DNA of 45,960 bases, taken from positions 1 to 45,960 of the forward strand of contig JBDTXE010000001.1 of the NCBI GenBank assembly GCA_040006335.1, written 5' to 3'. The stretch's first letter is position 1. Each line of letters begins with the position of its first letter. The translations under genes and the position numbers were made by a program. The notes under the pieces were generated by a model. It did not search any database, was not told where the DNA came from, and saw nothing but the letters and a program-made list of their open reading frames with translations. This document shows positions 35,790 through 44,626 of this stretch, piece by piece. Source of the stretch: Verrucomicrobiota bacterium (GTDB lineage: Bacteria > Verrucomicrobiota > Verrucomicrobiia > Chthoniobacterales > UBA10450).

Positions 35790-37706
35790 ATGCTTTCCTA
35801 CAGCGTCTATCTGATCTACCGGGCCGGGATTGCCCTCCTAAATCTTCTCCCGCTGGGCGCTCATTTCGGGATCGGCTATCTCGGGGGAACGCTGGCATGG
35901 GTTTTATCGGGGAAATATCGTCGCCTCGCGCAACGCAACGTGGGACTCGCCTTTGGCGACGAGCTTTCCCCGCGTGAAGCTCGCCTCCTCGTCCGTCGCC
36001 ATTTTCGGCAACTGGGCGCGAATGCGGTCTCCAGCCTGAAATTTCCGCAAATGTCGACCGCGGACATTTTACAGAGGGTGCGCGTGGAAGGGCTCGACTA
36101 TCTCAACCCCTGCGAGGGTGAAGGGAAGCCCGTAGTCCTTCTTCTCAGCCACCTGAGCAGCTGGGAACTGACGGCTCAATTACTGCCGCCTCTGGTTCCC
36201 GGGCGTCCGAAGGCGACCATTTATCAACGCCTGAGCAATTCGCATATCGACGCGCACATCCGGGAAACGCGCGCCCGCTTCGGAATTCAACTTTTCGATC
36301 GAAGCGAAGGCTTCGGGAAAGCGATTGCAATGCTGCGACGCGGCGGTGTCGTATCCGTCCTGAGCGATCAACATGCCGGCGATCATGGAGTTTGGACGCC
36401 CTTCTTCGCCCGGCTCGCCTCCACCACGCCCCTGCCTGCGCTCCTGGCGAAACGAACCGGGGCACAGCTGGTCCCGTTTGCCATTGTCACGGATGGTTTC
36501 GCGCGCTGGCGCGCAATCATCGACCCGCCAATTGAGACTTCGAACGAGAGCGTGGCGGAGCTGAGCGCGCGAGTGAATCAAGTGATCGAACGCCAGGTGC
36601 GGCGGGCTCCGGCGGATTGGTTCTGGGTGCACAACCGCTGGAAAACTCCGACTCCGAATTTCCTTCTGTCGAATTATCGCCGCGAGACCTATGTGCCTCC
36701 GGGAGAGATCCCGCTGAAGCCGTTCCGCATTCTCGTGCGCAGCAGCAACTGGCTGGGCGACGCCGTCATGAGTATTCCGGCGCTGCGCGCGATCAAGGCG
36801 GGACGGGCGGACATCTATCTTGCCGTGGCTGCGCCGGCAAAGATTGCCGACCTCTGGCGCGAAGTTCGAGAAGTCGATGAGGTGATTCCATTGCCCAATC
36901 GCTCCCTCTGGAAATGCGCTTCCGCTATTCGCCGCCGAGGGTCGTGGGACGTCGCCGTTCTTTTTCCAAATTCACTGCGCAGCGCGATGGAGGCCTGGCT
37001 GGCGGGCATACCGCGACGAGCGGGTTTTGCGGGACATGCCCGGCGCTGGTTACTGCACCAGTATCCTCGCGAAAAACCAGCCCGCGGCATCGTTCATCAG
37101 TCGATTCATTATCTCCAGCTGGCGGCGACTCTGGGTGCAGACCTCTCCGGCGCGATGACACCGACGCCGCTCCAACCCAGCCGGAATGGGGAATTAAAGA
37201 TCGGGTTATGTCCCGGCGCGGAGTATGGTCCCGCCAAGCGTTGGCCTGCGGAGCGGTTTGCGGAAGTCGCGCAGATTCTCACCGGCGAATTGGAGGCGCA
37301 CTGGATATTATTCGGGACGAACGCGGACGAGGAAATCGGGCAATCGATCGCGCGCACTCTCGACGCGACGCACTGTGAGAATCGCATCGGGCAAACTCTC
37401 CTCGGTGACCTCATCCGCGAGCTGCGCGCCTGTCATCTTCTTCTGACCAACGATACCGGCACGATGCATCTCGCGGCTTTTCTTGGGATCCCAACGGTGT
37501 CCATCTTCGGATCGACCGAGCCGCGCCGCAGCGCCCCGCTCGGCCCGCTCAACAAGATCCTGCGCCACCACGTCGAGTGCAGTCCCTGTTACCTGCGCGA
37601 ATGCCCCATCGATTTTCGATGCATGCGCGCGCTCACGGTGGATGAGGTCGTCGCGGCGATCCGGGAAACTGTCGGGACCCTTCGGCGGAAGAGAGCGGTG
37701 GGTTAG
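35790..37706 (+). CDS. Fusion: LpxL/HtrB-type lipid A (lysophospholipid) acyltransferase domain plus GT9 ADP-heptose:LPS heptosyltransferase domain
   Basis: The N-terminal half has AQRNVGLAFGDELSPREA, VVLLLSHLSSWEL (HX4E) and DQHAG. It ends with the family-typical PADWFWVHNRWKTP (about 36650). The C-terminal half starts FRILVRSSNWLGDAVMSIPALRAIK and contains GLCPGAEYGPAKRWP and LLLTNDTGTMHLAAFLGIPTVSIFG. It is a single uninterrupted frame. Confidence 0.8.
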   Translation: MLSYSVYLIYRAGIALLNLLPLGAHFGIGYLGGTLAWVLSGKYRRLAQRNVGLAFGDELSPREARLLVRRHFRQLGANAVSSLKFPQMSTADILQRVRVEGLDYLNPCEGEGKPVVLLLSHLSSWELTAQLLPPLVPGRPKATIYQRLSNSHIDAHIRETRARFGIQLFDRSEGFGKAIAMLRRGGVVSVLSDQHAGDHGVWTPFFARLASTTPLPALLAKRTGAQLVPFAIVTDGFARWRAIIDPPIETSNESVAELSARVNQVIERQVRRAPADWFWVHNRWKTPTPNFLLSNYRRETYVPPGEIPLKPFRILVRSSNWLGDAVMSIPALRAIKAGRADIYLAVAAPAKIADLWREVREVDEVIPLPNRSLWKCASAIRRRGSWDVAVLFPNSLRSAMEAWLAGIPRRAGFAGHARRWLLHQYPREKPARGIVHQSIHYLQLAATLGADLSGAMTPTPLQPSRNGELKIGLCPGAEYGPAKRWPAERFAEVAQILTGELEAHWILFGTNADEEIGQSIARTLDATHCENRIGQTLLGDLIRELRACHLLLTNDTGTMHLAAFLGIPTVSIFGSTEPRRSAPLGPLNKILRHHVECSPCYLRECPIDFRCMRALTVDEVVAAIRETVGTLRRKRAVG

Positions 37707-37749
37707 GTTTGCTTTCCCGCGCCGACTCGCAATCATCGGCGATTCAGTC

Positions 37750-38169
37750 ATGCAAAGCCAGAAACCACGAATTCGCACCGAAGTGCAGGTAATGTTTTTC
37801 GACACCGATTGCGCGGCGGTCGTCCACAATATCGCCTACCTCCGTTTTATCGAAACGGCGCGGACGCTTTTGGCCGAAGAGTTGGGACTACCGCTGCGGG
37901 AAATGGCGGAAACGAAACGCTTTCCCGTAGTTGTGCGGACGGAGATCAACTATCGCCGCGCGGCGCAGCTGGGGGATCGTCTTATCATCGACGGGTGGCT
38001 CGATCAGATTGATCGCGTCCGTTTTTGGTGCGCCTTTCGCGTTACCCGCGCGCACGACGAAGTTTTGATCGCGGATTGCCGGCAAATGCTGGCGTTAATC
38101 GAAATGCCCGCGGCCAAGCTTTTGCGTTTGCCCGCGGCGTGGGATTGCTACCGCGACGACCTGTCCTGA
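37750..38169 (+). CDS. 4HBT/YbgC-type acyl-CoA (or acyl-ACP) thioesterase
   Basis: VQVMFFDTDCAAVVHNIAYLRFIETAR...VVVRTEINYRRAAQLGDRLIIDGW is a hotdog-fold thioesterase pattern. I prefer the ATG at 37750. Confidence 0.8.
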   Translation: MQSQKPRIRTEVQVMFFDTDCAAVVHNIAYLRFIETARTLLAEELGLPLREMAETKRFPVVVRTEINYRRAAQLGDRLIIDGWLDQIDRVRFWCAFRVTRAHDEVLIADCRQMLALIEMPAAKLLRLPAAWDCYRDDLS

Positions 38170-38174
38170 CCCCC

Positions 38175-39962
38175 ATGACCACGACCGCGGCTCCCATTAC
38201 CCAGACCGTCATCGGCCCCTCGGTTTTGCCACCCCCACCCACGCGGCACGCCCTCTTCGCCATCGTCGTCGGCCTGGCAGCGCTGGTTCATCTCGGAACG
38301 CTGAGCTGGGGTGATCTCTACAGTGAGACCGAAGGACAATATGCCGGGGCCGCGCGGGAGATGCTGCAGAGCGGGAGCTACGTCCTCCCCACCAACAACG
38401 GGATCCCGCGCCTGCAAAAACCGCCGCTGCTTTATTGGCTAATAATCGTTAGTTACAAATGCCTTGGCGTCAGCGCGGCGGCGGCACGGCTGCCGGTGGC
38501 CCTTGCCATCGTGGCCACCACCGCGCTCACCTTTCTCCTCGGGGAACGGCTGTGTGATTACTGGCGCGGATTCAGCGCCGCTCTCATCTATCTTACGCTC
38601 AGCGGGACGTTTATTTTCGGACGGATCATCATGCCCGAGCCTCTCTTTGCCGCGTGGATCGCGGGGGCAATTTTCTGCGGCTTCGCCGGTTATCAGGAGC
38701 GAAATTCTCGTCGGCGCTGGTTTGCCGGATTCTGGATTTGCGCTGCTTTCGCCTGCTTGAGCAAGGGGCCTCACGGTCTTCTCATTCCGGCCGCCACTCT
38801 GGGTATCCTGGCCGTGTTTTACCGGGAAGCGCGCCTCCGTTTCAAAGGACTTCTCTGGTGGCCTTACCTGGTCATGTTCGCTCTGATTCTGGTGCCGTGG
38901 CACCTGTGGATCGACGCACGTCTCCACGGCGCCTTCCACCGCATCGTCGCCGAGGAATGGGCGAAGCACCTACTGGGCCGCTACTCGAACGGCGACGGCT
39001 TTGACGATGTCCCGCGCGGGCGCTTTCTCCTTATGCATCTCGCCTGGTGGTTCCCCTGGTCGCTGGCGCTTTTGCCAGCGCTGCTGTGGCACGGCGGGAG
39101 AGTCATGCGTTGGCGGGAAAGGAACATGCCCGATCTCCTTCCCATGATATGGGCGGGGGTCGTCCTTCTTCCGGTTATTCTGATCGGGCAACGACAGGAT
39201 TACTACGCGCTGACGATGTTCAGTGCCTTTGCTCTTTTCGCCGCCATGGTCTGGGAGAGAAGCTCGCGCGCTCTCCGAGTTTTAACTGCTGGCATCGTTG
39301 CCAGTGTCGGACTGGTGGTGGGAATCCTCGCTTTGGCGTTACCGCGCCTGACCGCGACGGCGAGTCAAAGCTGGGGCAATATGGATTATCGTTTCACTGC
39401 CTGGCAGGCTCTCGGCAGCATGCCAGCTGACACTTGGCTGACTTTTCGCCCTTTGCTCGCCCTCACTGCCATATCCCTTCTCCTCGGTGCGGCCATCACC
39501 ATTTATCTCGTCAGGACGAAACAGGAGAAGCTCGCCGTGATCGGACTTGGCCTGGCGATGCTGCCCATCGGCTTCAGCATGGCACAGGGCGTTGCAAAGG
39601 TGGCGCCCTATTTCTCGCTCGCCGATGCGGCCCGCTACCTCAACCCCAGGCTGGGACAAACTGGACAGGTGCTGGTCGAGGCCCCTCCAGGGATTGCCAG
39701 CAGCCTCGGTTTTTATCTCGAGCGACAGTTCGCACTCGTGAATCAATCTCTCGACGAGCGTCTCCTGCTGAATGCAGAGCAGCGTAACCTTTACCTCGGT
39801 GAACCCGCCACGCTTGACCGCTTCGCCGGCGCGGCGCCGGTATTCCTCATCATCGAGCAGGAACGCTTGGCACACTGGCGCGAGCTCCTGACCCAGCGCT
39901 TCCACGTTTATCACCAGGTGGCCACCTGCGGGACCTATTTTATCCTGTCGAACCAACTCTAG
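38175..39962 (+). CDS. ArnT/PMT-like GT-C glycosyltransferase (GT39/GT83-type)
   Basis: ETEGQYAGAAREMLQSGSYVLPTNNGIPRLQKPPLLYWL matches the ArnT-type first periplasmic loop. More than 10 TM helices are present. The ATG at 38175 lies 5 nt after the thioesterase stop. Confidence 0.8.
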   Translation: MTTTAAPITQTVIGPSVLPPPPTRHALFAIVVGLAALVHLGTLSWGDLYSETEGQYAGAAREMLQSGSYVLPTNNGIPRLQKPPLLYWLIIVSYKCLGVSAAAARLPVALAIVATTALTFLLGERLCDYWRGFSAALIYLTLSGTFIFGRIIMPEPLFAAWIAGAIFCGFAGYQERNSRRRWFAGFWICAAFACLSKGPHGLLIPAATLGILAVFYREARLRFKGLLWWPYLVMFALILVPWHLWIDARLHGAFHRIVAEEWAKHLLGRYSNGDGFDDVPRGRFLLMHLAWWFPWSLALLPALLWHGGRVMRWRERNMPDLLPMIWAGVVLLPVILIGQRQDYYALTMFSAFALFAAMVWERSSRALRVLTAGIVASVGLVVGILALALPRLTATASQSWGNMDYRFTAWQALGSMPADTWLTFRPLLALTAISLLLGAAITIYLVRTKQEKLAVIGLGLAMLPIGFSMAQGVAKVAPYFSLADAARYLNPRLGQTGQVLVEAPPGIASSLGFYLERQFALVNQSLDERLLLNAEQRNLYLGEPATLDRFAGAAPVFLIIEQERLAHWRELLTQRFHVYHQVATCGTYFILSNQL

Positions 39963-40011
39963 CGCCGCGGTTGCCAAATCGGGCCAGCACGTTAAGGTGG
40001 CGCCCTGTTTT

Positions 40012-40167
40012 ATGTCGCAACATCGCAGCCTTAAAGGAGCCAGCACCATTACCGCCAAACGCAATGTCTTGAAGCGGTTCGAGCGGGTCGACCTGCTCAA
40101 AAAGCGCGGGCAGTGGAAGGATACGAGCAAGGTTCTCGGACTTCCTAAAACCAAGCCCGACATTTAG
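40012..40167 (+). CDS. Small basic protein (51 aa), not in the supplied ORF track
   Basis: Translation from the ATG at 40012 is MSQHRSLKGASTITAKRNVLKRFERVDLLKKRGQWKDTSKVLGLPKTKPDI, ending at TAG 40165-40167. It fills an otherwise empty 253-nt gap between two + strand genes. The pattern matches my recollection of the conserved 'small basic protein' family. I cannot verify an accession. Confidence 0.55.
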   Translation: MSQHRSLKGASTITAKRNVLKRFERVDLLKKRGQWKDTSKVLGLPKTKPDI

Positions 40168-40215
40168 GAAAGCGGCTGGCGACCGTCGTCGCTTTCGCCA
40201 AAAGATTCTTCCCTG

Positions 40216-40989
40216 GTGATGAGGTTAAATCGCTTCCTCGCTTCAGCAGGCGCGGCCTCACGCCGGGGCGCAGACAAGTTGATCGCTTCCGGACGAGTGA
40301 CGGTAAACGGGCATCCGTGCACGGAGTTCAATTTCCAGCCAGAACCGAGCGACCACGTCAAGGTGGATGGGAAGCCGGTGCGCCAGCAGACGCCGACGTT
40401 CCTCATCCTGCACAAACCGGCGGGGTTTGTCTGCACCCGGCGCGATCCTCACGTCACGGACACGATCTACGATCTCCTCCCCGCCAAATTCAGCTCGCTC
40501 TTCTACGTGGGTCGTCTGGATGCTCCCAGCGAAGGGCTCGTCCTGCTAACGAATGATGGTGAGTTTGCTCATCGTGTCACCCATCCGCGCCATCAACTGA
40601 CGAAGGAATATGTCGTGACCCTAGATCGCCCGGCAACGCCCGACCTGCCGGAAGCGCTGCAGAATGGGGTATTCCTCGATGGCAAATGGGCGCGCGCCTC
40701 GGAGGTGCGGCAAATTGCCCCGATGAAGCTGCGGATTATCCTGGGGCAGGGAGTGAATCGCCAAATACGGCGAATGCTGGAGCATTATGGCTTTCGGGCG
40801 AAGCGCCTCGTACGAGTTCGCGTGGGAGGAATTCATTTGGGCGATTTGCCCCGGGGGCATTGGCAGGAGTTATCCCAGAGGGAGGCGGACTCGGCCTTCA
40901 CGCGGCTGCAAGCCGGCGGGAACGCTCCCGATCTTAGATTAGTCCGACCTCGAACTAATGTGCGTCGAGCGCTCAGGAAGGCTCAGTGA
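40216..40989 (+). CDS. Pseudouridine synthase, RsuA/RluB/RluE family (S4 domain plus catalytic domain)
   Basis: The S4-like N-terminus is RLNRFLASAGAASRRGADKLIASGRVTVNG. The catalytic Asp block is GRLDAPSEGLVLLTNDGEFAHRVTHP. KEYVVTL is also present. Confidence 0.85.
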   Translation: MMRLNRFLASAGAASRRGADKLIASGRVTVNGHPCTEFNFQPEPSDHVKVDGKPVRQQTPTFLILHKPAGFVCTRRDPHVTDTIYDLLPAKFSSLFYVGRLDAPSEGLVLLTNDGEFAHRVTHPRHQLTKEYVVTLDRPATPDLPEALQNGVFLDGKWARASEVRQIAPMKLRIILGQGVNRQIRRMLEHYGFRAKRLVRVRVGGIHLGDLPRGHWQELSQREADSAFTRLQAGGNAPDLRLVRPRTNVRRALRKAQ

Positions 40990-41786
40990 AACTCGCAGCA
41001 TGTTCCGCGGTCATCACCGGTGCCTCCGCGGGTATCGGACGTGAACTGGCCAGACAACTCGCGCCCCGCGCGAAAAGCATGCTCTTGGTCGCGCGCCGGC
41101 GCGACCGGCTGGAAGAGCTGAAAGAGCAACTGGTTAGTGCCTATCCTGCGCTCATCATCGAAATTGCAGAGCGCGACCTCTCGGATCTCTCGCAGACCAA
41201 CGAATTGGCGCAGTCTTTTGCGGCGAAGCGAATCGATTTCCTGATTAACAACGCCGGTTTGGGGGACATCGGCTCTTTTGCCACCGCGGAACCCGAGCGG
41301 ATTCTCACGCAAGTGCAGGTGAACGTCCTGGCCCTCACCGCGCTGACTCGGTCCGTTCTTCCTGCAATGCTGACGCAACGCCGCGGCGCAATTCTAAACG
41401 TCAGTTCATCCGCCGGCTTTATGCCTATGGCCGGCTTCGCCGTCTACGCCGCGACGAAAGCCTACGTCACCAGCTTCTCCGAAGCGATCCGCGCGGAGAC
41501 ACGCGGTTGCGGTATCAGCGTCACCACATTATGTCCGGGCCCGGTCCACACCGAGTTTACTAACGTCGCCGATCGCGAGGGGAAAATGCAACGGCTCGGC
41601 TCAGAGATCTTTCATGTGCCGGTCGAACGAGTGGCGCGAGCCGCACTACGAGCCGTTGAGCGCGATCGTCCCCTCATTATTCCCGGCATTACCATGAAAG
41701 TCGGCATGGGCATTTCACGTCTGTTTCCCCTGGCCTTGCTCCGTGCCGCCGCTCGGGTGGGAGCCACCAGTCTGAAAAGCTCTTGA
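40986..41786 (+). CDS. Short-chain dehydrogenase/reductase (SDR)
   Basis: TGASAGIG (TGxxxGIG) and NNAG are present. The catalytic YAATK lies in FAVYAATKAYV. The start overlaps the upstream stop by 4 nt. Confidence 0.85.
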   Translation: MKLAACSAVITGASAGIGRELARQLAPRAKSMLLVARRRDRLEELKEQLVSAYPALIIEIAERDLSDLSQTNELAQSFAAKRIDFLINNAGLGDIGSFATAEPERILTQVQVNVLALTALTRSVLPAMLTQRRGAILNVSSSAGFMPMAGFAVYAATKAYVTSFSEAIRAETRGCGISVTTLCPGPVHTEFTNVADREGKMQRLGSEIFHVPVERVARAALRAVERDRPLIIPGITMKVGMGISRLFPLALLRAAARVGATSLKSS

Positions 41787-41832
41787 TCCGACGCTGGGGG
41801 TCCCCGCTAAAAACCGACAGCCGCGTAGCTTG

Positions 41833-42438
41833 CTATTGATACTTCACCGAACAGCCGTAAGGACGGGTGTTCGCGTTTGTAATCGGCTTGCCCCCCATCG
41901 ATTCGTCGAGGGCCACCTTCACGTAATTGGTCGATGAAGCAATGTCGTCCGGATTTGGAGTGGCTTTGCTGTCGATCGCGCCCTCATAAACAATTTTGCC
42001 CTCGGGATTGATGACGAACATGTGCGGGGTGTTGCGAGCGCCGTAGCTCTTTCCCACTTTTCCATCCGGATCGAGGAGCAAAGCGCTCTGCTTTGTCTTC
42101 CAGTCCGCCATGACCTTCTGCGCCTGTTCCTGGGAAAGGTTGCCCTCCGCTCCAGGGGCGCTGGAATCAATCGAAAGCCATGCGACTCCCTTGCCGACAA
42201 ACTCAGCCTGCAGCTTCTGCATATTACCGCTTCCGTAATGTTTCTTCACGAAAGGGCAGTCCGGGTTGAACCATTCCAGCACGACGAATTTCCCTTTGTA
42301 ATCTGAAAGCGAGCGCGTTTTCCCCGAGGCATCGGGGAGACTGAACTGCGGAGCCGCAGATCCAACCGCGGGAGAGTCGGTGGCATGCGCAGCGGTGGCC
42401 AGGCAGAGAGCGATAAAGGCAGAGGCAAATAATTTCAT
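41833..42438 (-). CDS. Secreted redoxin/AhpC-TSA-family thioredoxin-fold protein
   Basis: The signal peptide is MKLFASAFIALCLATAAHA. APQFSLPDASGKTRSLSDYKGKFVVLEWFNPDCPFVKKHY follows. The gene begins 1 nt after the DsbD stop. Confidence 0.8.
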   Translation of the reverse strand: MKLFASAFIALCLATAAHATDSPAVGSAAPQFSLPDASGKTRSLSDYKGKFVVLEWFNPDCPFVKKHYGSGNMQKLQAEFVGKGVAWLSIDSSAPGAEGNLSQEQAQKVMADWKTKQSALLLDPDGKVGKSYGARNTPHMFVINPEGKIVYEGAIDSKATPNPDDIASSTNYVKVALDESMGGKPITNANTRPYGCSVKYQ

Positions 42439-42439
42439 A

Positions 42440-44569
42440 TCAGTGGTAGGCGATGGGTTTGTTAATAGTTTCCAGCTTCTCCAAGAGGATGTTTTTAGTC
42501 AGCAACTCCGGAAAGACAAACGGCTCAGCCGTGTTTCCCGGGTAGAGCACATAAAGTGGGACACCCGGCCGGCCAAATTGTTTCAACATTTTGGTAATCG
42601 CGGGATCGCCGTTCGTCCAATCGGCTTTCAGCTTCACGATCTCTCGCTGGGTAAACGCGCTTCGCACCGCCGCGGTCTCGAGCACCGCCGACTCGTTAAA
42701 TTTGCAGGTAATGCACCACTCTGCGGTGAAATCGATGAAGACCGGCCGGCCCTCTTGCAGCTCGGTCGCGAGACGCTCAGGCGTAAATTTTTCCCAGCCC
42801 GCCGAATTTTCCGTGGGATTCGAGGAAGCCACCGTGCGGGGAAATTTTTCACCGATGAAATAAAAGCCGGCGGCGGCGAGCAGCACGAGGATGGTCAGCA
42901 GCGTCGCGACTCGTCCACGGGGAGTAGCCAGCGGTGTCACAAAACCGCCGAAAAGCCAGCAGGCCACACTCACCACCAAAAGAAAGGATGACGTCCAGGT
43001 AACAGCGCCCAAACCGCGCTGGGAACCGAGAACAGAGAGAAGGAAAAGCAGGGTGGCCAGGAGGAGGAAGCCCATGAGCTGCTTCACTCGCACCATCCAC
43101 GGCCCCGGTTTAGGGAGGAACCGCAGCCAACCTGGCTGAGCACTAAGTAAAAGATAGGGGGCACTCATCCCCGCCGCGATCGAGCCAAACATAAACAGAA
43201 TGACTGTGGCCGACTGGGTGAAAGCAAAACCCAAAGCGGTACCGAGGAACGGTGCCGTGCAGGGAGTGGCCAGCATGGTGGCAAAAACTCCCTGAAAGAA
43301 AGAGCCAGCATCACCATGGGCGGATCCGGCCTCGGTCGCGCCCCGGTTCAACCATTGCGGAAGCGTGACCTCAAAAACGCCGAAGAGATTGAGCGCGAAA
43401 ACAAGAACCACCACACTCATGGCGAGAACGAAATAAGGATTCGTGAACTGAAACGCCCACGTGATTTCGTGACCGGCAGACTTCAACAGCACCAACACCA
43501 AAGCCAACCCCAGAAACCAGACGAAAATTCCCGCAATAAAGGCGAGGCCACTGCGCAGAATGCGCGCGCGATCCTGACCAGCCTGTTGGACGAAGCCAAA
43601 AATCTTAAGCGAGATCACCGGAAGCACGCACGGCATCAGGTTCAGAATAAACCCCCCGATAAAGCCGAAAACGAGAAAGCGCATCAGGTCGCTCCAGTTG
43701 GTCGTGGCGGCCGTTTCACTTGACTTGGCCGAGGGCGCGTCGGCGGAAATCTCCCAAGCTTCCTCACTGGTTTGGCTTTTCAACACCAAGAGGCCAGGAA
43801 GCGAAGTAAACGCGTGGTTGGCAGCGTCCAGCGGGATACGAAAATTCCAATGTCCCGCGTGGTTTCCTTCCAGGCGTGGATGACCGACCGCGACGTTCTC
43901 CGCGGGCGACGGGTAGAAGTCGAGCGCCGCATCGGCCGGCAGCGAAGGGCTGCTCACATCCAGAGTCAGGCCCGCCGGATCGCTTTTCCAAGACGCGCTG
44001 AGATCGTTCGGGCGAGAGCGAGGAAATTGCCTGGCAACCCGCGCGAAAATTTCCCCGTTCGCGCTCTGCGCCGTGGCGGCAACCGGAAATTGGAGACTTA
44101 AACTCGCCTCTCCAGGAATGCAGATCTTCTCGCAGACGAGCCAGTTCACTTTGGCTGCTAATACCGAGGATTCCGCGGTGAGTCTCGCCGGCGGAGTAAT
44201 CTTCTGCACGAGCAGCGCTTCGTCGCGGTAACCATAAATCTGAATGTCCCCGGGCTCGTTCAGTTTCTGCGGGATTGGCCACTGGATTGGACCGACCTTC
44301 CATCCTACCGGTAGTTGCCACTTTACGTCGGTCGGAATGCCAGCGTCCCCGGGATACTTCCAATACGTGTGCCAACCGGGCGTCATGCGCAGTCGAAGGC
44401 CAATCAGGAACGGCTGACCAGCCACCACTGCCGTGGTGCTGGCCAACATTTCCGCCTGCACCAGCTGTTTACCCTGATAAATCTGCGCCCGCGCGGTGGC
44501 GCAAAAGACACATAACAACAGCAGTGTCAGACGCCAGAAAAGCGATCTGCTCACCGCTATAAATAACAT
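42440..44569 (-). CDS. dsbD: Thiol:disulfide interchange protein DsbD/ScsB-like (N-terminal periplasmic domain, membrane core, C-terminal thioredoxin domain)
   Basis: The N-domain Cys pair is in WLVCEKICIPGE. The membrane core has LNLMPCVLPV and ATPCTAPFLG. The C-terminal thioredoxin domain has VFIDFTAEWCITCKFNE. Confidence 0.85.
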   Translation of the reverse strand: MLFIAVSRSLFWRLTLLLLCVFCATARAQIYQGKQLVQAEMLASTTAVVAGQPFLIGLRLRMTPGWHTYWKYPGDAGIPTDVKWQLPVGWKVGPIQWPIPQKLNEPGDIQIYGYRDEALLVQKITPPARLTAESSVLAAKVNWLVCEKICIPGEASLSLQFPVAATAQSANGEIFARVARQFPRSRPNDLSASWKSDPAGLTLDVSSPSLPADAALDFYPSPAENVAVGHPRLEGNHAGHWNFRIPLDAANHAFTSLPGLLVLKSQTSEEAWEISADAPSAKSSETAATTNWSDLMRFLVFGFIGGFILNLMPCVLPVISLKIFGFVQQAGQDRARILRSGLAFIAGIFVWFLGLALVLVLLKSAGHEITWAFQFTNPYFVLAMSVVVLVFALNLFGVFEVTLPQWLNRGATEAGSAHGDAGSFFQGVFATMLATPCTAPFLGTALGFAFTQSATVILFMFGSIAAGMSAPYLLLSAQPGWLRFLPKPGPWMVRVKQLMGFLLLATLLFLLSVLGSQRGLGAVTWTSSFLLVVSVACWLFGGFVTPLATPRGRVATLLTILVLLAAAGFYFIGEKFPRTVASSNPTENSAGWEKFTPERLATELQEGRPVFIDFTAEWCITCKFNESAVLETAAVRSAFTQREIVKLKADWTNGDPAITKMLKQFGRPGVPLYVLYPGNTAEPFVFPELLTKNILLEKLETINKPIAYH

Positions 44570-44626
44570 TCCCGCACCCGCGGAGCAATGTGCGCTTTGG
44601 CGCGATCACTGCTCACTTTTAAACGC

